From Mobula hypostoma (Eukaryota): DNA of 64,000 nucleotides. Made by a program: the position numbers and the translations under genes. The notes under the pieces were generated by a model that was given only the letters and a program-made list of their open reading frames with translations, was not told the DNA's origin and ran no database searches. Of this stretch, positions 12,432 to 24,584 are shown one piece after another (the stretch's first letter is position 1; each line of letters begins with the position of its first letter). The stretch is from contig NC_086108.1 of the NCBI RefSeq assembly GCF_963921235.1, forward strand, positions 14,942,001-15,006,000, in the 5' to 3' direction.

Positions 12432-12950
12432 ATCAGGAAATTAGAGGAGGCTTGACCCAAAGGCAAAGCAGCAGAGACCATTCAGCAATGATGATAACTT
12501 TAATAATAGACTGCAAAAATAACAAGCAATGAAGGGGCACAAGAGAGAGCAGATACCAAACACCACAGGCAACTAAGTAACTGAAGGCTAGGAGCAACTG
12601 GTTCTGGCTGGATGGTTCATCAGGTGAACAAGGACATCGAATGAGAGCTGGGTTCAAATAGGCTGCAGGTGATGAGTTGGAAATGAGTGGCAGGTGACTC
12701 CCGTTAGCTGGGTGGAGACAGGGAGGTGTCTGACAAGATCCCCCTCCTACGGCTGGCACCCGACAGCCCAGGATGAGCAGATGTATGCAGTGGAACTTCG
12801 CGACGAACATCTCATCCACGACAAAGTGAATCCACCAACTGGCGAACCGTGTACACTGGACCAGCTTCCCCCAACCTAGGTTCCAGCGGTGGGTTGAGTG
12901 GTCCATGTGGGGTAGGATATGTGGAAGATAGGTAAGATTCTGAGCGATCA
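12432..12950 (-). mobile_element. Ty3/Gypsy chromovirus 3' remnant: integrase C-terminus, chromodomain, PPT and 3' LTR
   Basis: Minus-strand frames give SLRILPIFHIS (IN C-terminal motif) and PVYTVRQLVDSLCRG..DEMFVAKFH (chromodomain pieces). Then PPT GGAGGGGGATCT, LTR start TGTCAGA near 12735, and ATTAAA near 12500. Confidence 0.7.
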
Positions 12951-12974
12951 TGCTAATCATCCAAGCGAGTCTCA

Positions 12975-13420
12975 CTTGCCCGCATTTGGCCCATAATCTT
13001 CTGAACCTTTCTTATCCAAATGTCCTTTAAATATTGTTATTGTATCTGCCTCAACAATTTCCTCTGACAACTCCATATTGTACGTATGTATATATATGGC
13101 TACCTTCTAGATGAAGAAGTCCCTCAGATCCCTTTTAAATCTTTCCCTTCTCATCCTTAACCTACATTGCCTAATTTTGGACTTCCCTACCCTGGGGAAG
13201 AGACTGTTACCTTCCACCCTGTTTCTGCCTGTCATGATTTTATATAACTCTGTAAGGTTTTCCCTCGGGTTTCTACATTCCAAGGAATGAAGTCCCAACC
13301 TGCCCAAACTCTTCAAATCCTGGCAACATACTCATAAATCTTCTTTGCACTCTCTCCTATACAGGGTGACTAAAACTGCACACAATACTCCAAATGCATC
13401 TCCACCAGTATTTTACATAA
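12975..13420 (-). mobile_element. Decayed CR1 3' fragment
   Basis: LGRLGLHSLE..LTELYKIM..SLFPRVGKSK..FKRDLR on the minus strand. Confidence 0.7.
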
Positions 13421-13698
13421 CAGGGAAAAATAATGAAAGGATTACTTTAGGTTTAGTATAAAAGGGTGATTCATGGTCAGTACAGACTCAATGGGCCAAA
13501 TGACCGGGTCTGTGCTGTATCCCTCTATGACCCTATAATACCTACCACTGGTTTTCTAAAACAGAGTATGATGCATGACTTTCTTGTACCCAGTCATAAA
13601 GAAAATGCTTTTCATCACTTAATATTCGATCTTCAGTTGAAGAGATATTTTCACCATCTTGTGTGAATTATTATTCAAACAATTGAATTCATTAAGAT

Positions 13699-13935
13699 CG
13701 CAAACAAGAGGAATTCTGCAGATGCTGGAAATTCAAGCAACATACATCAAAGTTGCTGGTGAACGCAGCAGGTCAGACAGCATCTCTAGGAAGAGGTACA
13801 GTCGACGTTTCAGGCCGAGACCCTTCGTCAGGACTAACTGAAGAAAGAGTTAGTAAGGGTCTTGGCCTGAAACGTCGACTGTACCTCTTTCTAGAGATGC
13901 TGCCTGACCTGCTGCGTTCACCAGCAACTTTGATG
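13699..13935. mobile_element. 237-bp fold-back mini-element made only of Penelope 3' ends
   Basis: About 80-bp inverted arms (13744-13825 vs 13855-13936). Perfect 15-bp TSD TGAATTCATTAAGAT at 13684-13698 and 13936-13950. Confidence 0.92.
13800..13835 (-). ncRNA. Minimal hammerhead ribozyme motif, intact core
   Basis: Reverse complement reads AGTC-CTGACGA-AGGGTCTCGGCCT-GAAAC-GTC-GACT. Confidence 0.75.
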
Positions 13936-14109
13936 TGAATTCATTAAGATTATATTTTTATGACCCAGTGACTTTTCTGACAATCTGTTGGAGTTTATTC
14001 TTTAATCAGTTCCCTCTCAGCCCTTCTGCTCCAGGGAGAACTAACTCAGCTTATCAAGTCTCTCCTCCAAACTGAAATGTTCCATCCCAGACAACAGTCT
14101 GGAGAATCA

Positions 14110-14640
14110 GAACATCCCAGTAGCCAAACATTTTAATTCCAATTCTTATTCCCCTTTCGATATGTTGGTCCATGACCTTTTCTTGTGCCAAGATGAGGCC
14201 GCCCTCAGGGTAGAGGATTAACACCTTGTATTCCATCTGGGTAGCCTCCAACCTGATTGCATGAATATTGATTTCTCCTACTGGTGAAAAAAATTCCCTC
14301 CCCCTTCCCCTCTTCTTCTATTCCCCACTCTGGCCTCTTATGTCTTCTCACCTGCTATTCACCTCCTTTAGGTCTTCTCCTCCTTCCCTTCCTCCTGTGG
14401 TCCACTCTTCTCTCCTACCAGAGTCCTTCCTCTCCAGCCATTTACTGTTCCTAATCACCTGGTTTCACCTATCACCTTGTAGTTATTCTCCTTCCCCTCC
14501 CCCATCTTTTTTCATTCTGCATCTTCCCCCTTCCTCTCCAGCCCTGAAGAATGGTCTCAGCCCAAAACGTCAACTGTTTGTTCATTTTGAAGGACACTGC
14601 CTGACCTGCTGAGTTTCTCCAGCATTTCATGTGTGTTATT
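14110..14640 (+). mobile_element. Older Penelope-like 3' fragment
   Basis: CCCAGTAGCCAAACATTTTAATTCC...GGGTAGCCTCCAACCTGA..GCATGAATATTGATTTCTC plus decayed ribozyme CTGAAGAATGGTCTCAGCCCAAAACGTCAACTG. Confidence 0.8.
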
Positions 14641-14703
14641 CTAATGAATCTACTCTGCACACTCTTCAGTGTAATCACATCCTTAATATAAAGTGGTGGC
14701 CAG

Positions 14704-15700
14704 TGTTAGGACCGCTGCTTTTTACGACATATGTCAATGATTTGGACTATGGTATTATGATTTGTGGCTAAATTTGCCGATGATACAAAGATAGGTGAAG
14801 GAGCGGGTAGTGTTGAGGAAACAGAGAGCCTGTAGAGAGACTTAGATTGTTTAGGGGAATGGGCAAAGAAGTGGAAAATGAAATACAATGTTGGAAAGTG
14901 TATGGTCATGCACTTTGGTGGAAGAAGTAAACAGGCAGACTATTGTTTAGATGGGGAGAGAATTCAACATGCAGAGATGCAAAGGGACTTGGGAGTCCTT
15001 GTGCAAGATACCCTAAAGGTTAACCTCCAGGCTGAGTTGGTTGTGAAGAAGGTGAATGCAATGTTGGCATTCATTTCTAGAGGTATAGAATATAACAGCA
15101 GGGATGTGATGGTGAAGCTCTATAAGGCACTCGTGAGACCACACTTGGAGTATTGTGTGCAGTTTTGGGCTCCTTATTTTAGAAAAGATATACTGATATT
15201 GGAGAGGGTTCAGAGAAGATTCACAAGAATGATTCCAGGAATGAAAGGGTTACCATATGAGGAACGTCTGGCAGCTCTTGGGCTGTATTCCCTGGAGTTC
15301 AGGGAAATGAGGGGGGATCTCATAGAAACATTCTGAATGTTAAAAAGCCTGAACAGATTAGATATGCAAAGTTATTTTCCATGGTAGGGGATTCTAGGAC
15401 AAGAAGGCACAACTTCAGGATTAAAGGACGTCCATTTAGAACTGAGATGCAGAGAAATTACTTTAGTCAGAGGGTAGTAAATCTGTGGAATTTGTTGCCA
15501 CAAGCGGCTATGGAGGCCAAGTCATTGGGTGTATTTAAGGCCGAGATAGATAGGTTCTTGATTAGCCAGGGTATCAAAGGGTATGGGGTGAAGGCAGGGG
15601 TATGGGGAGACTGGAAGAATTTGATCAGCCCATGATCCAATGGCGGAGCAGACTCGAGGGGTTGCATGGCCTACTTCTGCTCCTATATATTGTGGTCTTA
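14704..15700 (+). mobile_element. 5'-truncated CR1 (HER1-like) LINE
   Basis: KFADDTKIG, YKALVRPHLEYCVQFWAP, LERVQRRFTRMIPG, QRVVNLWNLLP; 3' tail GGTCTTAT; flanking TGGCCAG duplicated at 14697-14703 and 15701-15707. Confidence 0.92.
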
Positions 15701-16118
15701 TGGCCAGAACTGTACACAGCTATGACCTAGCCAATATTTTATGAGGCTATACCAGAATCTCTCTGCTCTTATACCTGTATTCTATGCTCTGGCTAATGAA
15801 TACAAGCATCCTATATGCCTTTATCACCACCTTATATATTGGTGTTACCACATTCAAGGGTCTATAACTTATACGTCAAGGTTCCTCTGTTCCTCAGTAC
15901 TCCCTGGTGCCCTATCATTGATGGCATATTAGTCCTCACCTCATATTTAACAGAATTAAATTATATTTTCCATTACCCTGCTTAACTGACCAGCTGATCA
16001 ATATCATTCTGAGACTGCAATTTTGCCCTCCTGTTTGCTAATTATGAATGCACACTATAGGGATTCCAGCACCACCGGTCATAAGGTTTCAATCATAAAA
16101 GCAACCTTGCACCCTCAA

Positions 16119-17206
16119 CTGCTCTTAAACGCATCTCCCCCATTTCACGTACATCTGCTCTCACTCCATCCTCCCACCACCCCACTAGGAATAGGGTTCC
16201 CCTGGTCCTCACCTACCACCCCACCAGCCTCTGGGTCCAACATATTATTCTCCGTAACTTCCGCCACCTCCAACGGGATCCCACCACTAAGCACATCTTT
16301 CCCTCCCCCCCTCTCTCTGCATTCCGCAGGGATCGCTCCCTACACAACTCCCTTATCCATTTGTCCCCCCCCATCCCTCCCCACTGATCTCCCTCCTGGC
16401 ACTTACCCGTGTAAGCGGAACAAGTGCTACACATGCCCTTACACTTCCTCCCTTACCACCATTCAGGGCCCCAAACAGTCCTTCCAGGTGAGGCATCACT
16501 TCACCTGTGAGTCGACTGGGGTGATATACTGCGTCCGGTGCTCCCGATGTGGCCTTTTATATATGGGGCGAGACCCGACGCAGACCGGGAGACCGCTTTG
16601 CTGAACATCTACGCTCTGTCCACCAGAGAAAGCAGGATCTCCCAGTGGCCACACATTTTAATTCCACATCCCATTCCCATTCTGACATGTCTATCCACGG
16701 CCTCCTCTACTGTAAAGATGAAGCCACACTTAGGTTGGAGGAACAACACCTTATATTCCGTCTGGGTAGCCTCCAACCTGATGGCATGAACATCGACTTC
16801 TCTAACTTCCGCTAAGGCACCACCTCCCCCTCGTACCCCATCTGTTACTCATTTTTATGCACACATTCTTTCTCTCACTCTCCTTTTTCTCCCTCTGTCC
16901 CTCTGAATATACCTCTTGCCCATCCTCTGGGTCCCCCCCCCTTGTCTTTCTTCCCGGACCTCCTGTCCCATGATCATCTCATATCCCCTTTTGCCTATCA
17001 CCTGTCCAGCTCTCGGCTCTATCCCTCCCCCTCCTGTCTTCTCCTATCATTTTGGATCTCCCCCTCCCCCTCCAACTTTCAAATCCCTTACTCACTCTTC
17101 CTTCAGTTAGTCCTGACAAAGGGTCTCGGCCTGAAACGTCGACTGCACCTCTTCCTACAGATGCTGCTTGGCCTGCTGCGTTCACCAGCAACTTTGATGT
17201 ATGTTA
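16119..17206 (+). mobile_element. Penelope-like element 3' ~1.1 kb (RT C-terminus, Cys linker, GIY-YIG, 3' end), frameshifted
   Basis: PGTYPCKRNKCYTCP, VIYCVRCSRCGLLY, frameshift near 16565, then GETRRR..EHL..ATHFN..QPDGMNIDFSNFR*. Probable TSD CTTGCACC[C/G]TCAA at 16106-16118 and 17207-17219. Ribozyme core mutated (CTGACAA, 17113-17119). Confidence 0.92.
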
Positions 17207-17799
17207 CTTGCACCGTCAAGCCCATATTGGAGCCATTTGCCATTTTGCCCTGGATCCCATGGGCATTAACACTTTGTATCAGTGTCGCATATGGGACCCC
17301 ATCAAAGTTTCTACAGACCATATCAACCAGACTATCCTCACCAATACATAGTGTGACTTCTCCAAAAAACTGTATCAACAGGATCTCCTACCAATAAATC
17401 TGTACTGATTATTACAGACCAATCCCAGCTTTCATGAAGTTATAGTGTCCCTCACATCTCTTTTCCATTAGCTTCCCCACTACTTATACTGATCGTAGAC
17501 TTACTGGCCTGTAATTACCTGCCTTATGCCTGTTGTGAGATGGTTGATGTCATGGTTTAAATTTTCCAAAATTTGGACAAGGCTTCATAAGATTGGAAAA
17601 AGAACAAATGGAACTTCTTCATCCAAATGGAGAAGGGGATAGAAAGCAGGAATCTACAACAACAAACAAGACACTCAGCAAGCCAAGCAGCATCTGCAGA
17701 TGAACATACACAATTGATATTTCAGGTCAGAACCCTTCTTCTGGACTGAAAGATAGAAAGAGGATAGCCAGTATAAAGAGGTGAAGGAATCTATAATCC

Positions 17800-18980
17800 A
17801 GTTAGCTTGATATGTCATTGAGAAATTGCTGGAAGAAATTTGTAAAGAGAGGTCACTTAGAAAAACTTAAGGCAGTTCTGCGGGTGCGTAATCCTGTTTG
17901 ACCAATTTTTTGAAGCTAACAGAAGGCACTTGATAAGGCGCCAGCCCAAATGTTATTGTAGAAAGTAACATCTCCTGGGAGATAGATGAAGGCAGGGTGA
18001 TAGGTATTATTTATATGGACCTTAGTGAGGGATTTGACCAGGGCTCTCACTATTGGCTGGTCCAGAAGGTTAAGGACTTGTGAAATTGGGGCAAGCTGGC
18101 CAATTGGTTCTAAAATTGACCTACCAAAACCAAACAGGTGGTAGTGAAAGAAGGATACTTTACTGATTTTCAAGTCAAACACCAGTGGGGTATCATAAGG
18201 ATCAGGGCTGCAACCTTTTTGAAATACTTGGATATTAATATAGAAGGTATGATTAGTAAGTGTACAGATGCCACAGAATTTGTTGATGTCGTACATAATG
18301 AGGAAGATTGGCTAACACTACAGCAGGATATAGATCTGTTGGAAAGTTAAACGGAGAATTGACAAATGAAATTTAATCCCAGTAAGTGTGAAGTAATGCA
18401 TTCTGTAGATTCAGACAGAAGTAGGACATGTACAGTAATCATACAGCACTAACGAACATTGAGGCCAAGGTAGAAAAATTCAAGCTTCCTGAAAACAGCA
18501 TGGTGAGGAAGGCATCGTCAGTAGGATGGTGAAGAAGGCATATGACATGCTTGCTTCTTAGGTCAGGACATAGAATATAAAAGTTAGGACGTTATGTTTC
18601 AACTTTACAAGGTACTTGTTATGCTGCATGGAGATTTGTGTACATACTTGTCACCACACTATAGGAAGGATGTGATTGTGCTGGAGAGAGTGCAAGGAAG
18701 ATTCACCAGGATGTTGCCTGGATTGTGGTCTTTATTCTGGGGAGAGATTGGAAAGTTGGGCTTGTTTTCTCTCGAGTAAAGGAGGCTAAGGGGAGAGTTG
18801 GAAGATGTGTACAAGATCATGAGTGGCAGAGATAGCATAGACGGTCAAAATCTTTTTTCCCATGGAAGGGATATCAAAAACAAGAGGGCAGAGGTTCAAG
18901 GCTGATTATCTGGAACATGCTGGCAGAGGAGGTGGAATCAGATATAATCACGTTGTTTTGGAGACATTCAGACAGGCAGG
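17800..18980 (+). mobile_element. Old decayed CR1 ORF2 fragment
   Basis: LQQDIDLLES, LYKVLV..HYRKDVIVLERVQGRFTRMLPG. Confidence 0.75.
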
Positions 18981-19099
18981 GCTTGGCCATTTATCCTGTA
19001 TTCCTTGCCTCAGTTGACCATGCAGCACATTCCACTGCACCACCCCAGACTGAATGCCGACCTGAGCCATCTGTCAATACCCTAGGATGTCCTCAGTGT

Positions 19100-19635
19100 C
19101 AACAACCCAGCTGGTTTCAGCCAAGCTTCTCGGCTGTGGCTCCTATCTGGATGCAAAATGGCTTGGTATGACAACTGCTCTCCACAAGACTGCCAGAAAT
19201 TGCAGAGGGTTGTGAACACAGTTTGGCACACACTGCAAACCAGGCTCCCCTTCGTTGACTCTGCCTACACTTTCGCTGCCTCCGGAAAGTAGCCAACATA
19301 GTCAAACACACCACCCACCCAAATACTCTCTCCTTTCTCCCCTTCCATTGGACAAAAGATAAAAAAGTTTGAAAGCATGCACCACTAGGCACAAGGACAG
19401 CTTCTATCCCACTCTTACACTACTATTGAGCAGGCCTCTTCAATGATAAAGCAAACTCCTGGCCTCACAAACCTATTTCGTCATGACCCCTGCATCTTAT
19501 TGTCTATTAACTGAAACACAAAATTCTGTATTCTGTTGTTGCTTTCCCTTGCACTATCTGAATGTCATCATGTTTGGAATGATCTGTATGGATACCAAAG
19601 CTGTATCTCAATACATGTGGCAATAATAAACCAAT
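19100..19635 (+). mobile_element. Rex1/L2-like LINE 3' fragment
   Basis: AAATTGCAGAGGGTTGTGAACACAG...AAGGACAGCTTCTATCCC...ATGTGGCAATAATAAACC; homologous to 36840-37270. Confidence 0.65.
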
Positions 19636-19639
19636 TTAA

Positions 19640-20690
19640 AAGTGCAAAGTAAATTTATAATCAAAGTACGTATACAGTACTATATACATTCCTGAGATTT
19701 ATTTGCTTGAAGGCATATATAGTAGGTCCAAGAAGCACTATAGAATCAAGGAAAGACTGCACCCAACTGTGCAAATATAAAAGAAAAAATATATATAAGC
19801 AAACAATATCGAGAACATGAGATGAAGAGTCCTTGAAAGTGAGTCCATAGATTGTGGGAACAGTTCAGTGATGGCGTGAGTGCAGTTGAGTGAAGTTATC
19901 CTCTCTGGTTCAAAAGCCTGATGTTTAGGCGGGATAATACCTGTTCCTGAACATGATGGTGTGGGTCCTGAGGCTCCTGCACCTTCTTCCTGATGGCAGC
20001 AGAGAGAAGAGAGCATGACCTGAGTGGTGGGGGTCCCTGATGATGGATGTTGCTTTCCTGTGACAGCGCTTCCTAGAGATGTGCTCAATGGTGGGGAGGG
20101 CTGTACCCACGATAGATGGGCCATATCCACCACTTTTTGTGGGATTTTCTGTTCAAGGGCATTGGTGTTTCCACACCAGGTTGTGACACAACCAATTAAT
20201 TTACTCTCTGCCACACATCTATAGCCGTTTGTCAAAGTTTTAGATGACATGCCAAATCTTCACAAGCTTCTAAGGAAGTAGAGGTGCTGCTGTGCTTTCT
20301 TTGAAATTGCACTTTTGTGCTGGGCCCAGGACAGATCCTCTGAATAACACTGAGAAATTTAAAGTTGCTGACCCTCTCCACCTGATTCCCGGGTGAGGAC
20401 TGGCACAAAGACCTATGGTTTCCTCCACCTGGAGTCAATAATCAGCTCCTCGGTCTTGCTGACATTGAGTGAAATGTTGTTGTGACACCCCTCAGCCAGA
20501 TTTTCTCTCTCCCTCCTACATGCTGATCCGTCACCACCTCTATTTGGCCAATGACAGTGGTGTCATCAGCAAACGTAAATATTGCATTGGAGCTGGGCTG
20601 GGCTTCACAGTCAGAAGTGTAAAGAGAGTAGAGCAGGAGACTAAGCCCACAGCCTTGTGGTGCATCTGTGCTAACTTACTAATTACAATT
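19640..20690 (-). mobile_element. Rex1-like LINE 3' part
   Basis: VERVSNFKFL, KATSIIRDPHHSGHALFSLLPSGRRCRSLRTHT on the minus strand. Confidence 0.8.
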
Positions 20691-20849
20691 AAGCTGTACA
20701 TCTGAGAAAGGTCCTCTCTTACCCCATCTTCCTTCCCTCAATTGCCTACCACTCCGCAGCTTTCACCAGCTACAGAGGTTCTCTCCAACTGATTGGGCCT
20801 CGGCCACTGGCACCCTGCTGCTCCAATTCCTACTTTTCTTTGGGCAGAT

Positions 20850-21030
20850 AGTGGGTGGCCCAGTAGTGCCACTGCCTCACAGCTCCAAGGACCCAGGTTC
20901 AATGCTGTGCTGTCTCTTTGAGTTTGTACCACAGGTGGCAACATGGCTTTTCCCGCCTACTTTGCCCTCCACCCAAATGACCTAAGTTAGCAAGTTAATT
21001 GACCACTAAAAATTGTTGCTAGTCTGTATT
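20850..21030 (+). mobile_element. Decayed V-SINE
   Basis: CTGCCTCACAGCTCCAAGGACCCAGGTTCAAT head and GTTAATTGACCACTAAAAATTG segment. Confidence 0.55.
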
Positions 21031-21984
21031 TGAGTGGTAGGGTCCGGAATGTGTGGAGAATAAAAATGGGATTAGTATGAGCATAGGTAAGGTGAACAGT
21101 GACAGTCTTTTCCCCAGAGTGGGGGAATATACAACTACAGGGCATGGGTTGTAGGTGAGAGGGGAAACATTGGAAAGGAGACCTGAGGAGCAATTATTTC
21201 TCACAGAGGATGAGGGGTGTGTTGAATGAGCTGCCAGAGGAAGTGGTAAAGGTGGGTACAATTACAACATTTAAAAGACATTTGGATAGGCACATGGATA
21301 GGAAATATTTAGAGGGACGTGGGCCAAAGGTGGACAAATGAGACGAGCTCATTTGGGCAAATTGGTTGGCAAGGTCAAAGGGCTTGTTTCCCTGCTGTAA
21401 ATCTCAATGACTCAGGAGTAAATGGGTGTTTCATGGTCTCTACAGATGACCCACTTCCATACTCTATGTCTCACATAGCCTCTGAACCAGCCACAGCCAC
21501 TCTAACTCCCAGCTCACAGCTGAGAACAGATCCAAGCAATCTCTGGCAATTGCAACCTCATGCTGGATATCAAAATGCTGCAGACTCTGGAAGCCTGCAA
21601 CATTAACACAAAAGAGTTGGAAATATTTATCAGGTCAGACAGCAACTGAGAAGAGAGGAATGGGGTTAATATTTCATATCTGAGAGTCCCTGTTGGCCTG
21701 ATGAAAGGCCATCATCCTGAAATGTTGAAGGCTCCCCTCTGTGACCTACAGAGAGTTTCCAGAACATCAAGCTATTTGACTATGTGAGTTTATTGCAGGA
21801 AGTGACTGTCAAGGACCCAGAGACAGATCGACAGGGGTGAGGAGGCAGAAATGCATCTGGTCCTTTGGGCATTTGCTTCTTTCCATGCACAGTTATCTTG
21901 GGTTAATACAACTCTGACCAAAACCTAGCCAGAGAAAGAGCAAACCTCAACTGGACCCTAGGGTGCTGGAATACTGTTGAATAC

Positions 21985-22825
21985 TAAGTAGATCGATAGA
22001 CAGTTACTTCATTGATCCCAAAGGAAATTACAGTGTCACAGTAGCATTACAAGTGCACAAATATACAAATATTAGAAGAGAAGTAAGAAAGAATAAAAAA
22101 TAAGTTACCTCTAACAGTCTAACAGAAAGGGGTTATTACTTCCCAGGCTATAGGTTGACTCATTAGAGAGCCTAATGGCTGACAGTAAGCCATATAGCGC
22201 TCCTTGGAGCATTGCAGTTGTTTTAGTCTATTACTAAACGCGTTCTTCTGTTTAGCCAAGGTGGCATGCAGAGGGTGAGAAACATTGTCCAGAACTGCCA
22301 GGATTTTCCATAGGGTCCTTTGTTCTACCACAGTCTCTACTGTGTCTGTTTGACCCCTATAACAGAGTCACCCCCTCTAATCAGTTTATTGAGCCTGTTG
22401 ACATCACTCGTGTTGATGCCATTGCCCCAGCACACCAGCAGATAGAAGATTGTACTGGCGACAACAGACTGCTAGAATGCGTGAAGGAGAGGTCTGCATA
22501 CTCCAATGGACCTGTCTCTTTAGGAAGTAGAGACGACTCTGGTCCTTCTTGTACACAGCCTCCGTGTTAGTACTCCACTCAAGTTTGTCACCCAGGTGCG
22601 CCCCCTGGTACTTGTAGGTCCTCATCACATCCATGTCCTCACCGTCAATAGTAACAGAGAGCAATGTAGGCTTAGTCTTCCTAAAGTCCATCACCATCTC
22701 CTTTGTCTTATTGATGTTGAACTGCAGATGATTCAGATTGCACCATTTGACAAAGTCCTCCACCAGGGTCCTGTATTCATCCTCCTGTCCTCCCTTTATA
22801 CACCCAACTATTGCTGAGTCATCAT
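21985..22825 (-). mobile_element. Rex1-like LINE RT C-terminal fragment
   Basis: DFVKWCNLNHLQFNINKTKEMVMDFRK, KDQSRLYFL, ILAVLDNVSHPLH. Confidence 0.85.
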
Positions 22826-24129
22826 AGACAGCATAGCTTTAAAGTGATGGTGGAAATTTGAAGACGATGTGTGGAGTAAATTATTTACACAGAGACTGGT
22901 GGGTGCCTGGAATGTGCTGCCAGGGGAAATGTTAGAAGCAGGTCTGTTAGATGCATTTTAAAAAATTGATAGATAGACACCTGAGTATGCAGGGAGTAGA
23001 GGGATGTGGTTCATATGCAGGCAGGAGTTCGTTTAATTTGGTATCATGATCCGTACAGACATTGTGGGTGAGAGACCCTGCTTCTCTGTTGCACTGTTCT
23101 ACGTTCCGAACCGACCCATCAACTCTTTTGCACTTCCTTTGGAAGCGAGAGCCGACCCTGTTTGCAGTTTGGAGCTGTAGCACTTGGGACGGGATCAAGC
23201 CTGCTGACAAAGGCTTCATTCAGCCGGTGACTCAAGAGCAATGATTTCAGAGCACAGCTGCCAGCCAAATGGAGCAGCTCTCTCATTTCATGGTACAGGG
23301 AGAGGGGACATTCTGTCCGCACACTTGCTGAAAATAATAGCTTCTATTCCCCTAGAAAACCCAGAATGTTTGCGCCATCAGTCTCCTGACGGAAACACTC
23401 TAAGATGGAAACTGTGCACCTCGCTGGCTCCCATTGTTGTCGGGAGAGGTCCCATTATATCAGTGGCTAGGCAGGAGGGATACATACTGCTGGCCTTGTT
23501 CTGCTCTACTATGAGTGGAGTAACCCCTGAGCTGCCAGTTCTCTCCCACAACATACCTCACTGTACTGGTGAGTTTTGATTTGATGAGCTACCTATCACC
23601 CCAACATCCAATCCTCCACACCACCCAACACCCAAACAACCCATCCTCCACACCACCCATCACCCCAACATCCCACCACCTCCATCCCACTGTCAGATAC
23701 CCAATCTGCAATTCCTACATGTAGGGTAGGGGCTTTTCCTCACCATGGACCTGCTCTCACTGTCTGCTTGTGGTAGTAGAAGCCCCAGCACCGAGTGTGA
23801 GGAGTGGAGGGACCTAGCTATCGACTGACAGTCTGGCTTTCCTTCCTGCTCATCACTAGACAGATGGGAACTGCAGAAAATCGGGGGAAATGGGAGGAAA
23901 AATCCCACAACATCAGAGCAGCACTTCATGAAGGAGACCTGATTAAATTGGTCAGTGGGATTCAGAGGGAAACTCTCCTGGGGTTGGAGTGTACTTAAGA
24001 GAGAAGTTAAGAGGGCAAAAAGAGGATATGAAAAGGATCTGGCAAGCAAGGAGAATCAAAATCCTAAGAGAATCCATAGGTGCATGAAGAGTAAAGAGTA
24101 AAAAGGAGAGAATATTGCATTGCTGTCTG

Positions 24130-24415
24130 TTTTTATTTTTTGTTACCTTAGCGATACAGTGCAGAGTGGGCCCTTCCGGCCCTTTGAGCCATGTCACCCC
24201 AGCAACCCCCAACAAACCCAACCTAATAACAGGACAATCTACAATGACTAATTAACCCACCAAGTAGGTCTTTGGACTGTGGGAGGAAACAGCAGCACCC
24301 AGGGAGAGCTGACACACTCCATAAGGGGGACGTACAGGGACTTCTCACAGAGGATGCTGGAATTTAACTCCGGAACACCTGAAGCTGTAATAGCATCATG
24401 CTAACCGCTACGCCA
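24130..24415 (-). mobile_element. HE1/V-SINE
   Basis: Minus strand GTGGCGTAGCGGTTAGC head, TTTCCTCCCACAGTCCAAAGAC core, GGGCCGGAAGGGCCC..CTGTATC tail. Confidence 0.8.
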
Positions 24416-24584
24416 CTGTTTGTGGAACTAAAGACAATGGGTGAGAATCTTAACCAATATTTCCCTTCAGATTTAACTATGGAGAAAACGATGGAAGCTA
24501 AGGAAATGGGGGAAATGAGTAGTGTTGCCTTGCACCACATACAAATGATTAGGGAGGAGGTACTGGAGGCCTTAAAGTGCATTA

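Noticed and set aside
12433..12975. 180-aa minus-strand ORF as a novel gene
   Set aside because: Overlies a Gypsy integrase/chromodomain/LTR relic mostly out of frame; GTG start; no coherent domain.
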